DNA of 41,167 nt from the NCBI GenBank assembly GCA_020854925.1, contig JAHKLV010000140.1, positions 1 through 41,167 on the forward strand. Direction: 5' to 3'. The notes under the pieces are model-generated. The model was not told the DNA's origin, made no database searches, and worked only from the letters and a program-made list of their open reading frames with translations. Source of the DNA: Candidatus Methanofastidiosia archaeon (GTDB lineage Archaea; Methanobacteriota_B; Thermococci; Methanofastidiosales; NM3). Shown one piece after another: positions 31,748 through 40,855 of the stretch (its first letter is position 1; each line of letters opens with the position of its first letter). The position numbers and the translations under genes were made by a program.

Positions 31748-32581
31748 TTATGCCTCGCAGATGTTTCTCCGTATCTCGCGGTAGTGCTCGAGGATGTACT
31801 TGACAAGGATGACAGACGTGAATCCTATGGTACCAAGCTTTCCCCCGCACCCCGGCGTGATATGCACCGTTGCCGTGTAAAGGAACGCCACAAAGACTCC
31901 TGCGGAGGCAAAGTGGCTTGCCTTGTCAAAGACCGCAGGGAATGCGGTCATGCCGGCAAAGGAGGCGGAGAACGCCACGAGGGACAGGGTCGTCCCGTAG
32001 GTCGAAGAGACCGCAGGAAGGACGAGTCCCGCAAGCAGGCCCACGAGTGCAGACCCCAAGACGGCGTCCGAACACTTGTCAGCAAAGATCCTCATGAAAA
32101 GCTCCCTTCGTGCATAGTACGTGAGGACCGTGGCGATGATGCCGGTGGCAAGTACAAGGACGAACCACTTTATCGTGATGACAGAGGCTGCTGCAGGGAA
32201 GACGGCGTTATACTCCTTGCCAAAGAGGCTGAGGATGATGGTCATGGCAAGAACGGCCATGTACGCCGTTGTTCCAAACTTGCCGCCGTGTCCGTTGAGG
32301 TATCCTTTCCAGGTCACGAAGATAAGGCCTGCCACGATACCAAATACCACGGAATATGCCACAGACTCGATGACCATCGCCGAACACATGCCCACGAAGG
32401 AGCCGCAGTAAATCTGTCCCGCATACTTCTTGATGAAAAATCCCGCCACAAGGCCTACGATGGCCGATGCGACGACGGCATTTGACTTCGTGTTCAGGAC
32501 CTCGTTGTTTAGGTACCAGGTCGGCACTGTTCCTGCAACGACCGCGAGTATTGAAAGGAGGTCTTGTTTCTGGTAGTTCAT
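31748..32581 (-). CDS. Polytopic membrane protein of unknown family with an internal duplication
   Basis: 277 aa with about 8 hydrophobic segments. Two homologous halves end in GHGGKFGT and GCGGKLGT. ATGA overlap with the fdhA stop. Confidence 0.75.
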   Translation of the reverse strand: MNYQKQDLLSILAVVAGTVPTWYLNNEVLNTKSNAVVASAIVGLVAGFFIKKYAGQIYCGSFVGMCSAMVIESVAYSVVFGIVAGLIFVTWKGYLNGHGGKFGTTAYMAVLAMTIILSLFGKEYNAVFPAAASVITIKWFVLVLATGIIATVLTYYARRELFMRIFADKCSDAVLGSALVGLLAGLVLPAVSSTYGTTLSLVAFSASFAGMTAFPAVFDKASHFASAGVFVAFLYTATVHITPGCGGKLGTIGFTSVILVKYILEHYREIRRNICEA

Positions 32582-34635
32582 GATGATTCACCTAGTGCTT
32601 CTACTTTGCATGCGCACACCTTGAACTCGGGAATCTTGGCAATGGGGTCAAGAGCCGGGTTGGTAAGCATGTTGGCGGCACATTCCTTGAAATGGAACGG
32701 GATAAAGACGGTCTTTTCCGGTACCTTTCGCGTGACGTATGCCGGTATCTGTATCGTTCCGCGCCTTGTGGAGACCTGGACAAGGTCACCGTCGGCAATG
32801 CCCATGGCCTCAGCATCCGAAGGGTGTATCTCAACATAGCCCGTGGGGACCTCCTTGTTCAGCTTCGGCGAACATCGTGTCATGGTCCCCGTGTGGAAAT
32901 GGAAGAGGATACGCCCCGTGGTGAGGATCAAGGGGTAGTCCTTGTCGGGTTCCTCCGCGGGTGGTTTGTACGAAACGGGGAAGAAATGACCAAGGCCTCG
33001 TGAGAACTTGCCATTGTGCAGGAAGACCGTTCCCGGGTGCTCGGCATTCGGGCAAGGCCACTGGAGGTATCCTTCCTTGTCGAGGCGCTCGTACGTGACA
33101 CCGCCATAAAGGGGGGTCAGCGACGCCACCTCGTCCTGAATCTCCTTGGGCGAGGCATAGACAAACTGGTCAGAACCAAGATGCTTCGCTACATCGCAGA
33201 GGATTTCCCAGTCAGGGCGGGCGTTGCCCAAGGGTTCGATGGCCTTTCTGATGCGCTGGACGCGCCGGTCGGTCCCGGTGAACGTGCCGTCCTTTTCCAA
33301 GAACGAGGTCCCTGGAAGGATAACATCTGCATGCTCTGCCGTCTCCGTGATGAAAAGGTCCTGCACCACGAGGAACTCAAGCGCATCGAGCGCCTCCCGG
33401 ACATGGGTGATGTCGGGGTCGGATATCATGGGATTTTCCCCCATGATATAAAGGCACTTAAGCGCGCCATCGTGGGCGGCGTTAAGCATCTCCACCACGG
33501 TAAGGCCTATCGATTCCGGGATGTGCTCCGCCATGTTCCATGCCTTTTCGAACTTTTCCCTGTTTTCCGGCACGGTGACAGCCTGGTACCCGGGGAACAC
33601 GTTGGGAAGAGCGCCTAGGTCGCACGCCCCTTGGACATTGTTCTGGCCACGCAGGGGATTGACGCCGGTGCTTGGCTTGCCCAGGTTTCCCGTGAGCATG
33701 GCAAGGTTCGCGCACGACTTGACATTGTCTACGCCCGTCGTGTGCTGGGTGATGCCCATGCTGTAGATGATGGATGCTGCCTCAGCATTGGCAAACATGC
33801 GCGCAGCGGCGATGAGGTCCGCTTTGGGGATGCCCGTTATCTCTTCGACACGTTCCGGTGTATACTTCATGACCTCTGCCTTGAATTCCCCATAGTTCTC
33901 CGTACGCTGCTCGATGAACTCCTCGTCTGCAATGCCCTCCTTGATGATGACATGCATGAGGCCGTTGAGCCAGGCGACATCTGTACCCGGCTTCTGGCGC
34001 AGGTGGATGTCGGCTATGGAGGCAAGCTGTATGGAGCGAGGGTCCACAAGGATGACCTTTGCGCCCTTCTCCTTTGCCTTGTAGATGCGGGAACCGATGA
34101 GGGGGTGCTGCTCCGTCGTGTTGGAACCCGTTATGAGGAAGCAGTCCACATCCTCGACCTCGGGAATGCTGTTGGTCATGGCGCCGCTCCCAAACGAGGC
34201 GGCAAGGCCGGCGACGGTAGAGGCATGGCAGAGGCGCGCGCAGTGGTCCACATTGTTGGTGACGATAACGCCGCGGGCAAGCTTCTGCATCAGGTAGTTT
34301 TCTTCGTTCGTGGTCTTTGCAGACGAGAAGAATCCAAATGCCTTTGCCCCGTCCCGCGCCTTAATCTCCTTGAACTTCGAGGCAATGAGGCCATACGCCT
34401 CATCCCACGTGGCTTCCCGGAAGGCGCCGTTTTCCTTGATAAGGGGGGTGGTAAGCCGCTCCTTGCTGTAGACAAAGTCGATGGCATTCCACCCCTTGAT
34501 GCACAGGTGCCCCTCGCTGATGGGGTCTTCCTTGCAGGGCAGGACCGACTTGGCAACGCCGTCCACCACCTGGATATAATACTTGCACCCGCATCCGCAG
34601 AAGGGGCAGGTGGTGAGGATGTTGTCGTACTTCAT
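32578..34635 (-). CDS. fdhA: Formate dehydrogenase catalytic subunit (molybdopterin/tungstopterin, Cys-type)
   Basis: 685 aa. N-terminal [4Fe-4S] motif CPFCGCGC...C. Active-site context NNVDHCARLCHAST, with Cys where Sec-type enzymes have U. bis-MGD domains throughout. Confidence 0.9.
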   Translation of the reverse strand: MKYDNILTTCPFCGCGCKYYIQVVDGVAKSVLPCKEDPISEGHLCIKGWNAIDFVYSKERLTTPLIKENGAFREATWDEAYGLIASKFKEIKARDGAKAFGFFSSAKTTNEENYLMQKLARGVIVTNNVDHCARLCHASTVAGLAASFGSGAMTNSIPEVEDVDCFLITGSNTTEQHPLIGSRIYKAKEKGAKVILVDPRSIQLASIADIHLRQKPGTDVAWLNGLMHVIIKEGIADEEFIEQRTENYGEFKAEVMKYTPERVEEITGIPKADLIAAARMFANAEAASIIYSMGITQHTTGVDNVKSCANLAMLTGNLGKPSTGVNPLRGQNNVQGACDLGALPNVFPGYQAVTVPENREKFEKAWNMAEHIPESIGLTVVEMLNAAHDGALKCLYIMGENPMISDPDITHVREALDALEFLVVQDLFITETAEHADVILPGTSFLEKDGTFTGTDRRVQRIRKAIEPLGNARPDWEILCDVAKHLGSDQFVYASPKEIQDEVASLTPLYGGVTYERLDKEGYLQWPCPNAEHPGTVFLHNGKFSRGLGHFFPVSYKPPAEEPDKDYPLILTTGRILFHFHTGTMTRCSPKLNKEVPTGYVEIHPSDAEAMGIADGDLVQVSTRRGTIQIPAYVTRKVPEKTVFIPFHFKECAANMLTNPALDPIAKIPEFKVCACKVEALGESS

Positions 34636-35411
34636 TGCATCTCCTCCTTGGTGTAAAGCGGATTCTCCGCATCCGCGCCAGTGCCCGATACATACCCAAA
34701 GAGCTCTTCCATGTCCTCACGAAGGAGGGTGTTAAGCACCATGAGCGGTATGTCCGAGGGGCAGGCGCGCTGGCATTCGCCGCAGGCGATGCACTTTCCA
34801 GCCAGATGGAACGCCCGTATCATGTGGTAGATGGGGAATTCGGGCGGCAGGCGCCCGTGCTTCACCCACAGGGCATTTTCAAGCTCGCAGTCCTTGCAAA
34901 AGCACATCGGGCACGCATTCCTGCACCCGTAGCACTTGTTGCATTTTTCGAGCTGGTGCTTCCAAAAGGCGAGCTTCTCGTCAAGCTCCATAGCCCGGTA
35001 GGCGGCACCGATATCTTCCGCTTCCCACTGCTCGAGTTTTGTCCCTACCGCAACAACGGAGGGGAACGGCTCGGGGCAGGCACACTCTCGCGCCATTTCC
35101 TCGTCGCAGGGTATGCCGACGATGACAAGGCGGTCGAGGTCTACCTGGTGGCGCTTTGCAAGCTCCCTGAGTGCGCGCTCGTCGCAGCCTCGGCACACGA
35201 TGGCAAACCGTGCTGCGCCATCCTCATCGAGGAGTAGGCGGGCAACGGAGGCCATAGGGTACTTCGGCGTGAGGCAGAGGCACTCCAGCTCGGAGGCGTC
35301 GGCGAAGAGATAGGGTTTGGCCATGCCCCGCTCCGACTTGAGCGCAATGATGCCGGCAACGTCGCCGGAGGCCATGAGTTTTTTGAGATGTGCCTTGAGT
35401 TCCTGTTCCAT
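34632..35411 (-). CDS. Iron-sulfur electron-transfer protein (2x[4Fe-4S]; CPxCxC-type motif), putative Fdh small subunit
   Basis: 259 aa. Motifs CNKCYGCRNACPMCFC and CIACGECQRACP, plus N-terminal Cys pairs CRGC and CACP. Sits between mvhD and fdhA with no intergenic gaps. Confidence 0.7.
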   Translation of the reverse strand: MEQELKAHLKKLMASGDVAGIIALKSERGMAKPYLFADASELECLCLTPKYPMASVARLLLDEDGAARFAIVCRGCDERALRELAKRHQVDLDRLVIVGIPCDEEMARECACPEPFPSVVAVGTKLEQWEAEDIGAAYRAMELDEKLAFWKHQLEKCNKCYGCRNACPMCFCKDCELENALWVKHGRLPPEFPIYHMIRAFHLAGKCIACGECQRACPSDIPLMVLNTLLREDMEELFGYVSGTGADAENPLYTKEEMQ

Positions 35412-35843
35412 CTACAGCACCTCCCTCTGGAGCGCCGCGAGGGGGCTCGGGCCGAGTTCGGCAACTTCTTTGGCAAACTCGTCCATGGTCTGGGCAAACT
35501 TTTCACCTTCTGCCGCCGAGACCCATTCAAGCCGCAGGCGACGGGGGTCGATACCCAGGTGCTCCAATAAGCGTCTGAGGACCGCTATCCGCTTCTGAGT
35601 CCGGTAGTTCCCGTCGACATAGTGGCAGTCGCCGGGGTGGCAGCCGCCGATAAAGACGGCGTCGGCACCCATCTGGAATGCCTTGATAACCATTTCCGCG
35701 TTGATGCGCGATGAGCACATGACACGGATGATGCGTATGTTCGGGGGATACTTCATGCGGGATGTCCCTGCCATGTCGGCGCCGGCATAGCAGCACCAAT
35801 TGCACAGGAACCCGACAATCTTGGGATTCCACGTCTCCGCCAT
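35412..35843 (-). CDS. mvhD: Methyl-viologen-reducing hydrogenase delta subunit (MvhD) family protein
   Basis: 143 aa. KIVGFLCNWCCYAGAD...RVMCSSRI...GGCHPGDCHY is typical of MvhD. Confidence 0.9.
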   Translation of the reverse strand: MAETWNPKIVGFLCNWCCYAGADMAGTSRMKYPPNIRIIRVMCSSRINAEMVIKAFQMGADAVFIGGCHPGDCHYVDGNYRTQKRIAVLRRLLEHLGIDPRRLRLEWVSAAEGEKFAQTMDEFAKEVAELGPSPLAALQREVL

Positions 35844-37793
35844 TCAGATCACCTCCAGGATCTGGGCGACAATCTGGCTGTCGCGGAAATGATTCATGGC
35901 GATGGCACCGGAGGGGCACGCCGCCGCACAGCTTCCGCAACCCTTGCAGATGGCCTTGTTGATAGTCATGACGTTGCGCTCCTCGTCAAAGGCATGCGCG
36001 TCGTACGGACAGAGAATCTCGCAGATCCTGCACCCCGCACAGACGTCGGTGTTGACCTCAGCAACGATGGGCTCCGCGAGGATGACATCCTTTGAGAGGA
36101 GATTGACCACGTGGGACGCTGCACCGGAAGCCTGGGCAACGGTGTCGGGGATGTCCTTTGGACCCTGGGCCGCACCGGCAAGGAAAACGCCATCTATGAC
36201 CGTGTCCACCGGGCGCAGCTTCGGATGCGCCTCGAGGAAGAACTTGTCGGCGCTGCGGGAAAGGTGTAGCATATGGCCGATGGCATCGGCGGCATCGCTT
36301 GGTTCAAGACCCGTTCCGAGCACCACCAGGTCTGCCTCAAGCTCGTAGGGCTCCCCCATCAGCGTGTCTTCGGCACGGACGTGGAGGACACCGTCTTCCT
36401 CATAGACCTCGGCGGCGTTTCCACGCCGGTACTTTATGCCCTCCTTCTGGACACGTTCATAGAACTCCTCGTAACCCTTCCCGAAGGCACGCATGTCGGT
36501 GTACATCACGGTGATGTCGGCATCGGGTATCTTTTCCTTGAGAAGGTGTGCCTGCTTGGCGATGTACATGCAGCAGACGCGGGAACAATACGGATTGCCG
36601 ATGCGCTTGTCACGGGAACCGACGCAGGAAACAAAGACGATCTTCTTTGGCACCTTGCCGTTTATCAGCGCCTTTCCTCCGGTGGGGCCCGAGGGCGCGA
36701 AGATACGCTCAAGCTCAAGACCCGTCATGACGTTCTTGAACGTACCATACTTGTACTCGCGTTTGATGGTGGGGTCGAATTCCTTGTAGCCGGTGGCAAC
36801 AACGATGGCGCCGACATCCACCTCGAGAATCTCCTCGGTCATGGAAAAATCGATGGCATCCCTGTCGCAGGCATCCACGCACTTCGGAGACGTCCCGCAC
36901 TTGCCATGCTTGAGCATGAGGCATTTTTCAGGGTCGATGGTGTAGCGGAGCGGAACGGCCTGGGGGAAGGGGACGTAGATGGCGCCCCTCTTTCCTAGAC
37001 CCATGTCAAACTCCGAAGGGATGCGGCCGACAAGGCGGCATGCCGTGGCGCACGACCCGCAGCCAGTACAGAGCGATACGTTCACGTACCGTGGCTTTTT
37101 CCTGATGCGCACGTGGAAGTTGCCCACAGACCCCTCGATGCTCTCTACTTCGCTGTAGGTGAGCAGCTCGATGTTGGGGTGGCGTGCCACATCAACCATC
37201 TTGGGCGTAAGGATGCAGGCGGCGCAGTCGAGCGTCGGGAACGTCTTGTCGAACTGGGCCATGTGCCCGCCGATGGAAGGGTCCTTTTCGACGAGGTAGA
37301 CGGGATAGCCGGAGTTCGCGATGTCAAGCGCCGTCTGAATACCCGCAATGCCGCCGCCGATGACAAGGGCGGCGTGGGTGACCGGCACCTCCGTGGAGTT
37401 AAGCGGTTCTAGGAGCGCCGCGCGGGCTACCGAGCTCTTCACGAGGTCTGCTGCCTTGCGTGTTGCCTGCTCCTTATCCTCATGGACCCATGAGCACTGC
37501 TCGCGGATGTTGGCCATCTCAAAGCAGTAGGGGTTCATGCCGGCGGCCTCGACGGCCCCACGGAACGTAGGCTCGTGCATGCGCGGCGAGCATGCAGCAA
37601 CGACGACCCGGTCAAGGCCAAGCTCGCGTATGTCCTTGGCAATCATCTCCTGGCCGGGGTCCGAGCACATATACTGGTAATCCCTGCATACCGCAACGGT
37701 CGGCAGGGCTGAAACCTCTGATATAACTTTTTGCACATCCACGGTGTTTGAGATGTTCACACCGCAGTGACAGACATAGACGCCAATCTTCAT
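35844..37793 (-). CDS. hdrA: Heterodisulfide reductase subunit A (FAD, multiple Fe-S clusters)
   Basis: 649 aa. N-terminal VCHCGVNI, FAD fold VIGGGIAGIQTALD, inserted and C-terminal ferredoxin motifs CTGCGSCATAC, CAGCRICEILCP and CKGCGSCAAACP. Confidence 0.9.
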   Translation of the reverse strand: MKIGVYVCHCGVNISNTVDVQKVISEVSALPTVAVCRDYQYMCSDPGQEMIAKDIRELGLDRVVVAACSPRMHEPTFRGAVEAAGMNPYCFEMANIREQCSWVHEDKEQATRKAADLVKSSVARAALLEPLNSTEVPVTHAALVIGGGIAGIQTALDIANSGYPVYLVEKDPSIGGHMAQFDKTFPTLDCAACILTPKMVDVARHPNIELLTYSEVESIEGSVGNFHVRIRKKPRYVNVSLCTGCGSCATACRLVGRIPSEFDMGLGKRGAIYVPFPQAVPLRYTIDPEKCLMLKHGKCGTSPKCVDACDRDAIDFSMTEEILEVDVGAIVVATGYKEFDPTIKREYKYGTFKNVMTGLELERIFAPSGPTGGKALINGKVPKKIVFVSCVGSRDKRIGNPYCSRVCCMYIAKQAHLLKEKIPDADITVMYTDMRAFGKGYEEFYERVQKEGIKYRRGNAAEVYEEDGVLHVRAEDTLMGEPYELEADLVVLGTGLEPSDAADAIGHMLHLSRSADKFFLEAHPKLRPVDTVIDGVFLAGAAQGPKDIPDTVAQASGAASHVVNLLSKDVILAEPIVAEVNTDVCAGCRICEILCPYDAHAFDEERNVMTINKAICKGCGSCAAACPSGAIAMNHFRDSQIVAQILEVI

Positions 37794-38668
37794 TCTTCAT
37801 CCCTACCTTTTTTGGCACCCTTGACCTTCTTCACCAAGTCCCGTGTCGATACGAGGTTCATGTGCAGCCCAAGGTGCTTGTGCTTGACTCCGAAAGCCAG
37901 GCCGAGAAGCTGATTGAGGTGCAATACGGGAATGTCAAACGACTCGAGCTTCTTCTGGCTCTGGTCGAAGTTCATGTGGCAGAACGAGCAGATGTTGACG
38001 ATGCAGTCCACATCGGCCTTCTTGATGTTCTTGAGCTTGCGCTCCATTATCTTGAGGGAAAGCTCCGGCTCCCCGCTCATGACGCCACCGCCGGCACCGC
38101 AGCAGGTGAGGCGGTCCTTGAAGGGAATGCTCTTGCAGCCCACAAGACCTACTATCTCATCGAGCAGCATGGGGCTTTCGCTGTTCTCGCCGGTCACGGT
38201 CGTCGGTTTGAGGTAGTGGCAGCCGTAGTGGACGGCGACGCGCAAATCAAGATCCACTTCTTTGTTCTGCGTTATCGTGTCACGCATGCCATCGAGGAGG
38301 TCGACGAAGTGGATGGGACGCGACGTGCCCTTGTAGGTCATGCCGATGCGGCCGAGATGCTCGTTCACGTAGGCGCGCTTGGCATCGTTGTGCTGAAGCT
38401 CGTGCCAGACGTTGTGCAGCGTGCCGTAGCAACCGGCGCAGATGGTCATGATGTCCCTGTTGTCCGGCTCGGAAAGGGCGAGGTTGCGCGCGCCGAGCGC
38501 GTACCACGTGTCCTTGTCGTAGCAGGCGACGACGCCAGGCGGAGGGCAGCACGAGTACGGGTAGTCGTGAAGGCCGACATTCATCTTCTCAAAGACGATG
38601 CGTGTCGCCTTCTCGATGCCGGGATAGACGTTCTTCGCGATGCATCCGGGGAAAAAGGCGTAGTCCAT
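37790..38668 (-). CDS. hdrB: Heterodisulfide reductase subunit B (two CCG domains)
   Basis: 292 aa. FFPGC..., SCCPPPG and TCCGAGGG cysteine-rich CCG motifs. Confidence 0.9.
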   Translation of the reverse strand: MDYAFFPGCIAKNVYPGIEKATRIVFEKMNVGLHDYPYSCCPPPGVVACYDKDTWYALGARNLALSEPDNRDIMTICAGCYGTLHNVWHELQHNDAKRAYVNEHLGRIGMTYKGTSRPIHFVDLLDGMRDTITQNKEVDLDLRVAVHYGCHYLKPTTVTGENSESPMLLDEIVGLVGCKSIPFKDRLTCCGAGGGVMSGEPELSLKIMERKLKNIKKADVDCIVNICSFCHMNFDQSQKKLESFDIPVLHLNQLLGLAFGVKHKHLGLHMNLVSTRDLVKKVKGAKKGRDEE

Positions 38669-39150
38669 CAGATACCACCCCAGCGCATGAGCGGCAGCCC
38701 GTCAAGGAGCTTCTGGAAGTCGGCTAATGCCTCTTTGTCCTTGGCAATGTCATTGGGCTCCTTGTCCAGGCCGATGATTGAACGCAGTTTCGATACCTCC
38801 GGTGAGAGCGGCTGCCCATTTCCCGTCCGGTACAGATTCTGGATTATTATCTTTGGTACGTCGGCCATGGAAGGATAGTAACTGTTCTTGACGGCAAGAT
38901 TCCGCAGCTCGATGATGATATCGGTAATCTTTACTTCCTTCGGGCACCGCTCCTGACAGGTAAAGCAGGTCGTGCAGTCCCACAGCTCCTCTGTCTTAAA
39001 GACGTCGATGCCCACGCGCGCCATGTGTATGATCTTTCGTGTACGCAGGCCACACTCCCTGCCAGAAGGGCACGACCCCGTGCATCGCCCACATTGGATG
39101 CATGCGTAGGCATTCCCTTCCCGTATGATGTCGTCCATAGTCTTATCCAT
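38668..39150 (-). CDS. hdrC: Heterodisulfide reductase subunit C
   Basis: Motifs CIQCGRCTGSCP and CTTCFTCQERCP. ATG 39150 follows GGGTGG; the ORF track adds one TTG codon. Confidence 0.9.
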   Translation of the reverse strand: MDKTMDDIIREGNAYACIQCGRCTGSCPSGRECGLRTRKIIHMARVGIDVFKTEELWDCTTCFTCQERCPKEVKITDIIIELRNLAVKNSYYPSMADVPKIIIQNLYRTGNGQPLSPEVSKLRSIIGLDKEPNDIAKDKEALADFQKLLDGLPLMRWGGI

Positions 39151-39507
39151 CAAACCACCCTATGTACTAGAATAAGCGTGCCCATCATCCCACCGGAAGA
39201 TCTGGCCAATGGAGGGATTGTGCGTGCAGGCAAGACCAACACACTCCGATGCAGCACGATAATCCTTCTTATGCCACGTTCATTCCTTTTATTATAAATC
39301 TTATTCTTAGCCACGAGACATAATTTCCTGAAAAGACAAATATTAGGGATAAAAAGTACAAAAATATAATCATCAGTAGAAGAAGCATGCTACCTAATAC
39401 TTCGAAAAAGAGCAAACACATTACAAGAAAGAGGGCATTGTTTGAATAATATTCTTATATTAATGAATATTATACACCATCGTGAGAAACATATATATAC
39501 CGCCCCC

Positions 39508-40077
39508 ATGAACTCCCCTAGTGATCTTATGGCCCCACGAATGGATAAGGACCAGTGCGTCTTCCTTGTTATCGACATGCAGGAACGCGCCCTCCCCCAT
39601 CAGCATGAGTCGGCCCGCGCCATAGACAACATCGTCCGATTCATCAAGGGTGGGACGAGGTACGGCATACCGGTAATCGTCGTAGAGCAGAACTCCCCCA
39701 AGCTGGGATGCACGCCTGACCGCATACGGGAGGCGGCGCCAGAACACCGATTCATAGAAAAGCATACGCTCTCCTGCTTTCGCGACCCGGCGTTTGCATC
39801 CTATTTCGAATCCCTGGGGAGAAGACAGATTCTTCTCTCCGGCAGCGAGACACAGATCTGCGTTCTCATGACCGCACACGACGCTATCGAGAGGGGATAC
39901 GATGTCTTTGTCCTCGGCGACGGCGTGACATCGCGTACCGCCCGCAACATCGAGCTTGGCCTCAAGCGCATGGAACAGGCAGGTGTACTGATAGAGAGCA
40001 CCGAAAGTGCGCTCTTTGAGCTTATCGAGCGTTCAGACGACGAACATTTTAAGTTCATTCTCAGCATCATCAAATAG
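39508..40077 (+). CDS. Isochorismatase-family cysteine hydrolase
   Basis: VFLVIDMQ..., LLSGSETQICVLMTAHDAIERGYDVFVLGDGVTS. The start is uncertain: ATGs at 39508, 39529 and 39541 are all in frame, and ATATATATA at 39491-39499 favours one of the later two. Confidence 0.8.
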   Translation: MNSPSDLMAPRMDKDQCVFLVIDMQERALPHQHESARAIDNIVRFIKGGTRYGIPVIVVEQNSPKLGCTPDRIREAAPEHRFIEKHTLSCFRDPAFASYFESLGRRQILLSGSETQICVLMTAHDAIERGYDVFVLGDGVTSRTARNIELGLKRMEQAGVLIESTESALFELIERSDDEHFKFILSIIK

Positions 40078-40078
40078 C

Positions 40079-40855
40079 ATGGAATCCACCCCCCTCAAAG
40101 ACCCTGCGGCGGCGGTACTGTCACGCCTTGCATCACGTGCTGACAGGGCGTATGCGTCACGAAGGGCCGAGCGCGCCACGGAGACGGGACGGGTGTTTCT
40201 TGGCATAAGGATGCCCGAGATACGCACCGTCGCACGCGAAACGTACGCAGCGCTTGCACCACGAGGGGCGGAGGATGTCCTTGCCGGATGTGAAAGCCTT
40301 CTAGAAACGGGAATAGAGGAATGCAAATCCATAGCCTTCATCTGGGCGCGCCTCATCACGCCTTCGCTTGACTCAGATCATGTCGCCGTGTTCGACCGCT
40401 GGATGGAAACGCACCTGCGCGACTGGGATGACGCCGACGTCCTTGGGATTCAGGTAGTGGGGCCCTATCTGCTCATGACCCCCGACGCCGTGCATGCCCC
40501 TAAGGTGTGGGCCCGCCACGACCGCTGGCAGGTCCGCCGGGCAGCATCGTCGTGCCTGGTCCCTGCTGCAAAAACAGGGCGGTACCAAGACCATGTCCTC
40601 GATGTTGCCGAACTCCTTTACCGAGACCCGGTCCCCCTCGTTCGCATGGGCGCCGCCAGGCTCCTCGCCACTGCAGCACGCGCCTGGAAGGATGTGATAG
40701 AATCGTTCCTCCGCGAACGCCGGAGGGTCGTCCCTCCGAGCGTGCTTCGACGCGTATGCGACGCGTTGCCAGAGGGGGCATATGAGAGAATCAAAGAGGA
40801 CCCCTCAGAGGAGGGGGTATGCAGGTACGGCGGCCTATATCGCAAAGAGATGTGA
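40079..40855 (+). CDS. DNA alkylation repair protein (AlkD-like HEAT-repeat family)
   Basis: 258 aa starting at ATG 40079, 1 nt after the upstream stop. FLGIRMPEIR... and a helical-repeat sequence resemble the DNA alkylation repair family. Assigned by recall only. Confidence 0.6.
   Translation: MESTPLKDPAAAVLSRLASRADRAYASRRAERATETGRVFLGIRMPEIRTVARETYAALAPRGAEDVLAGCESLLETGIEECKSIAFIWARLITPSLDSDHVAVFDRWMETHLRDWDDADVLGIQVVGPYLLMTPDAVHAPKVWARHDRWQVRRAASSCLVPAAKTGRYQDHVLDVAELLYRDPVPLVRMGAARLLATAARAWKDVIESFLRERRRVVPPSVLRRVCDALPEGAYERIKEDPSEEGVCRYGGLYRKEM

Noticed and set aside
39151-39268. About 118-nt GC-rich leader upstream of hdrC. It contains a ~37-codon frame (VLHRSVLVLPART...LVHRVV) that ends in a TGA overlapping the hdrC ATG, so it could be a uORF or a regulatory RNA.
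   Set aside because: The frame has only a GTG start, no Shine-Dalgarno element and an implausible peptide. The leader length itself depends on an unverified TATA at 39291-39298. It is worth a transcription-start and Ribo-seq check but is not supportable from the sequence alone.
39448-39471. 7-bp inverted repeat AATATTC-10 nt-GAATATT in the hdrC/isochorismatase spacer, as a possible operator.
   Set aside because: The surrounding 200 nt are extremely AT-rich, so short AT palindromes are expected by chance. There is no second copy elsewhere in the window.
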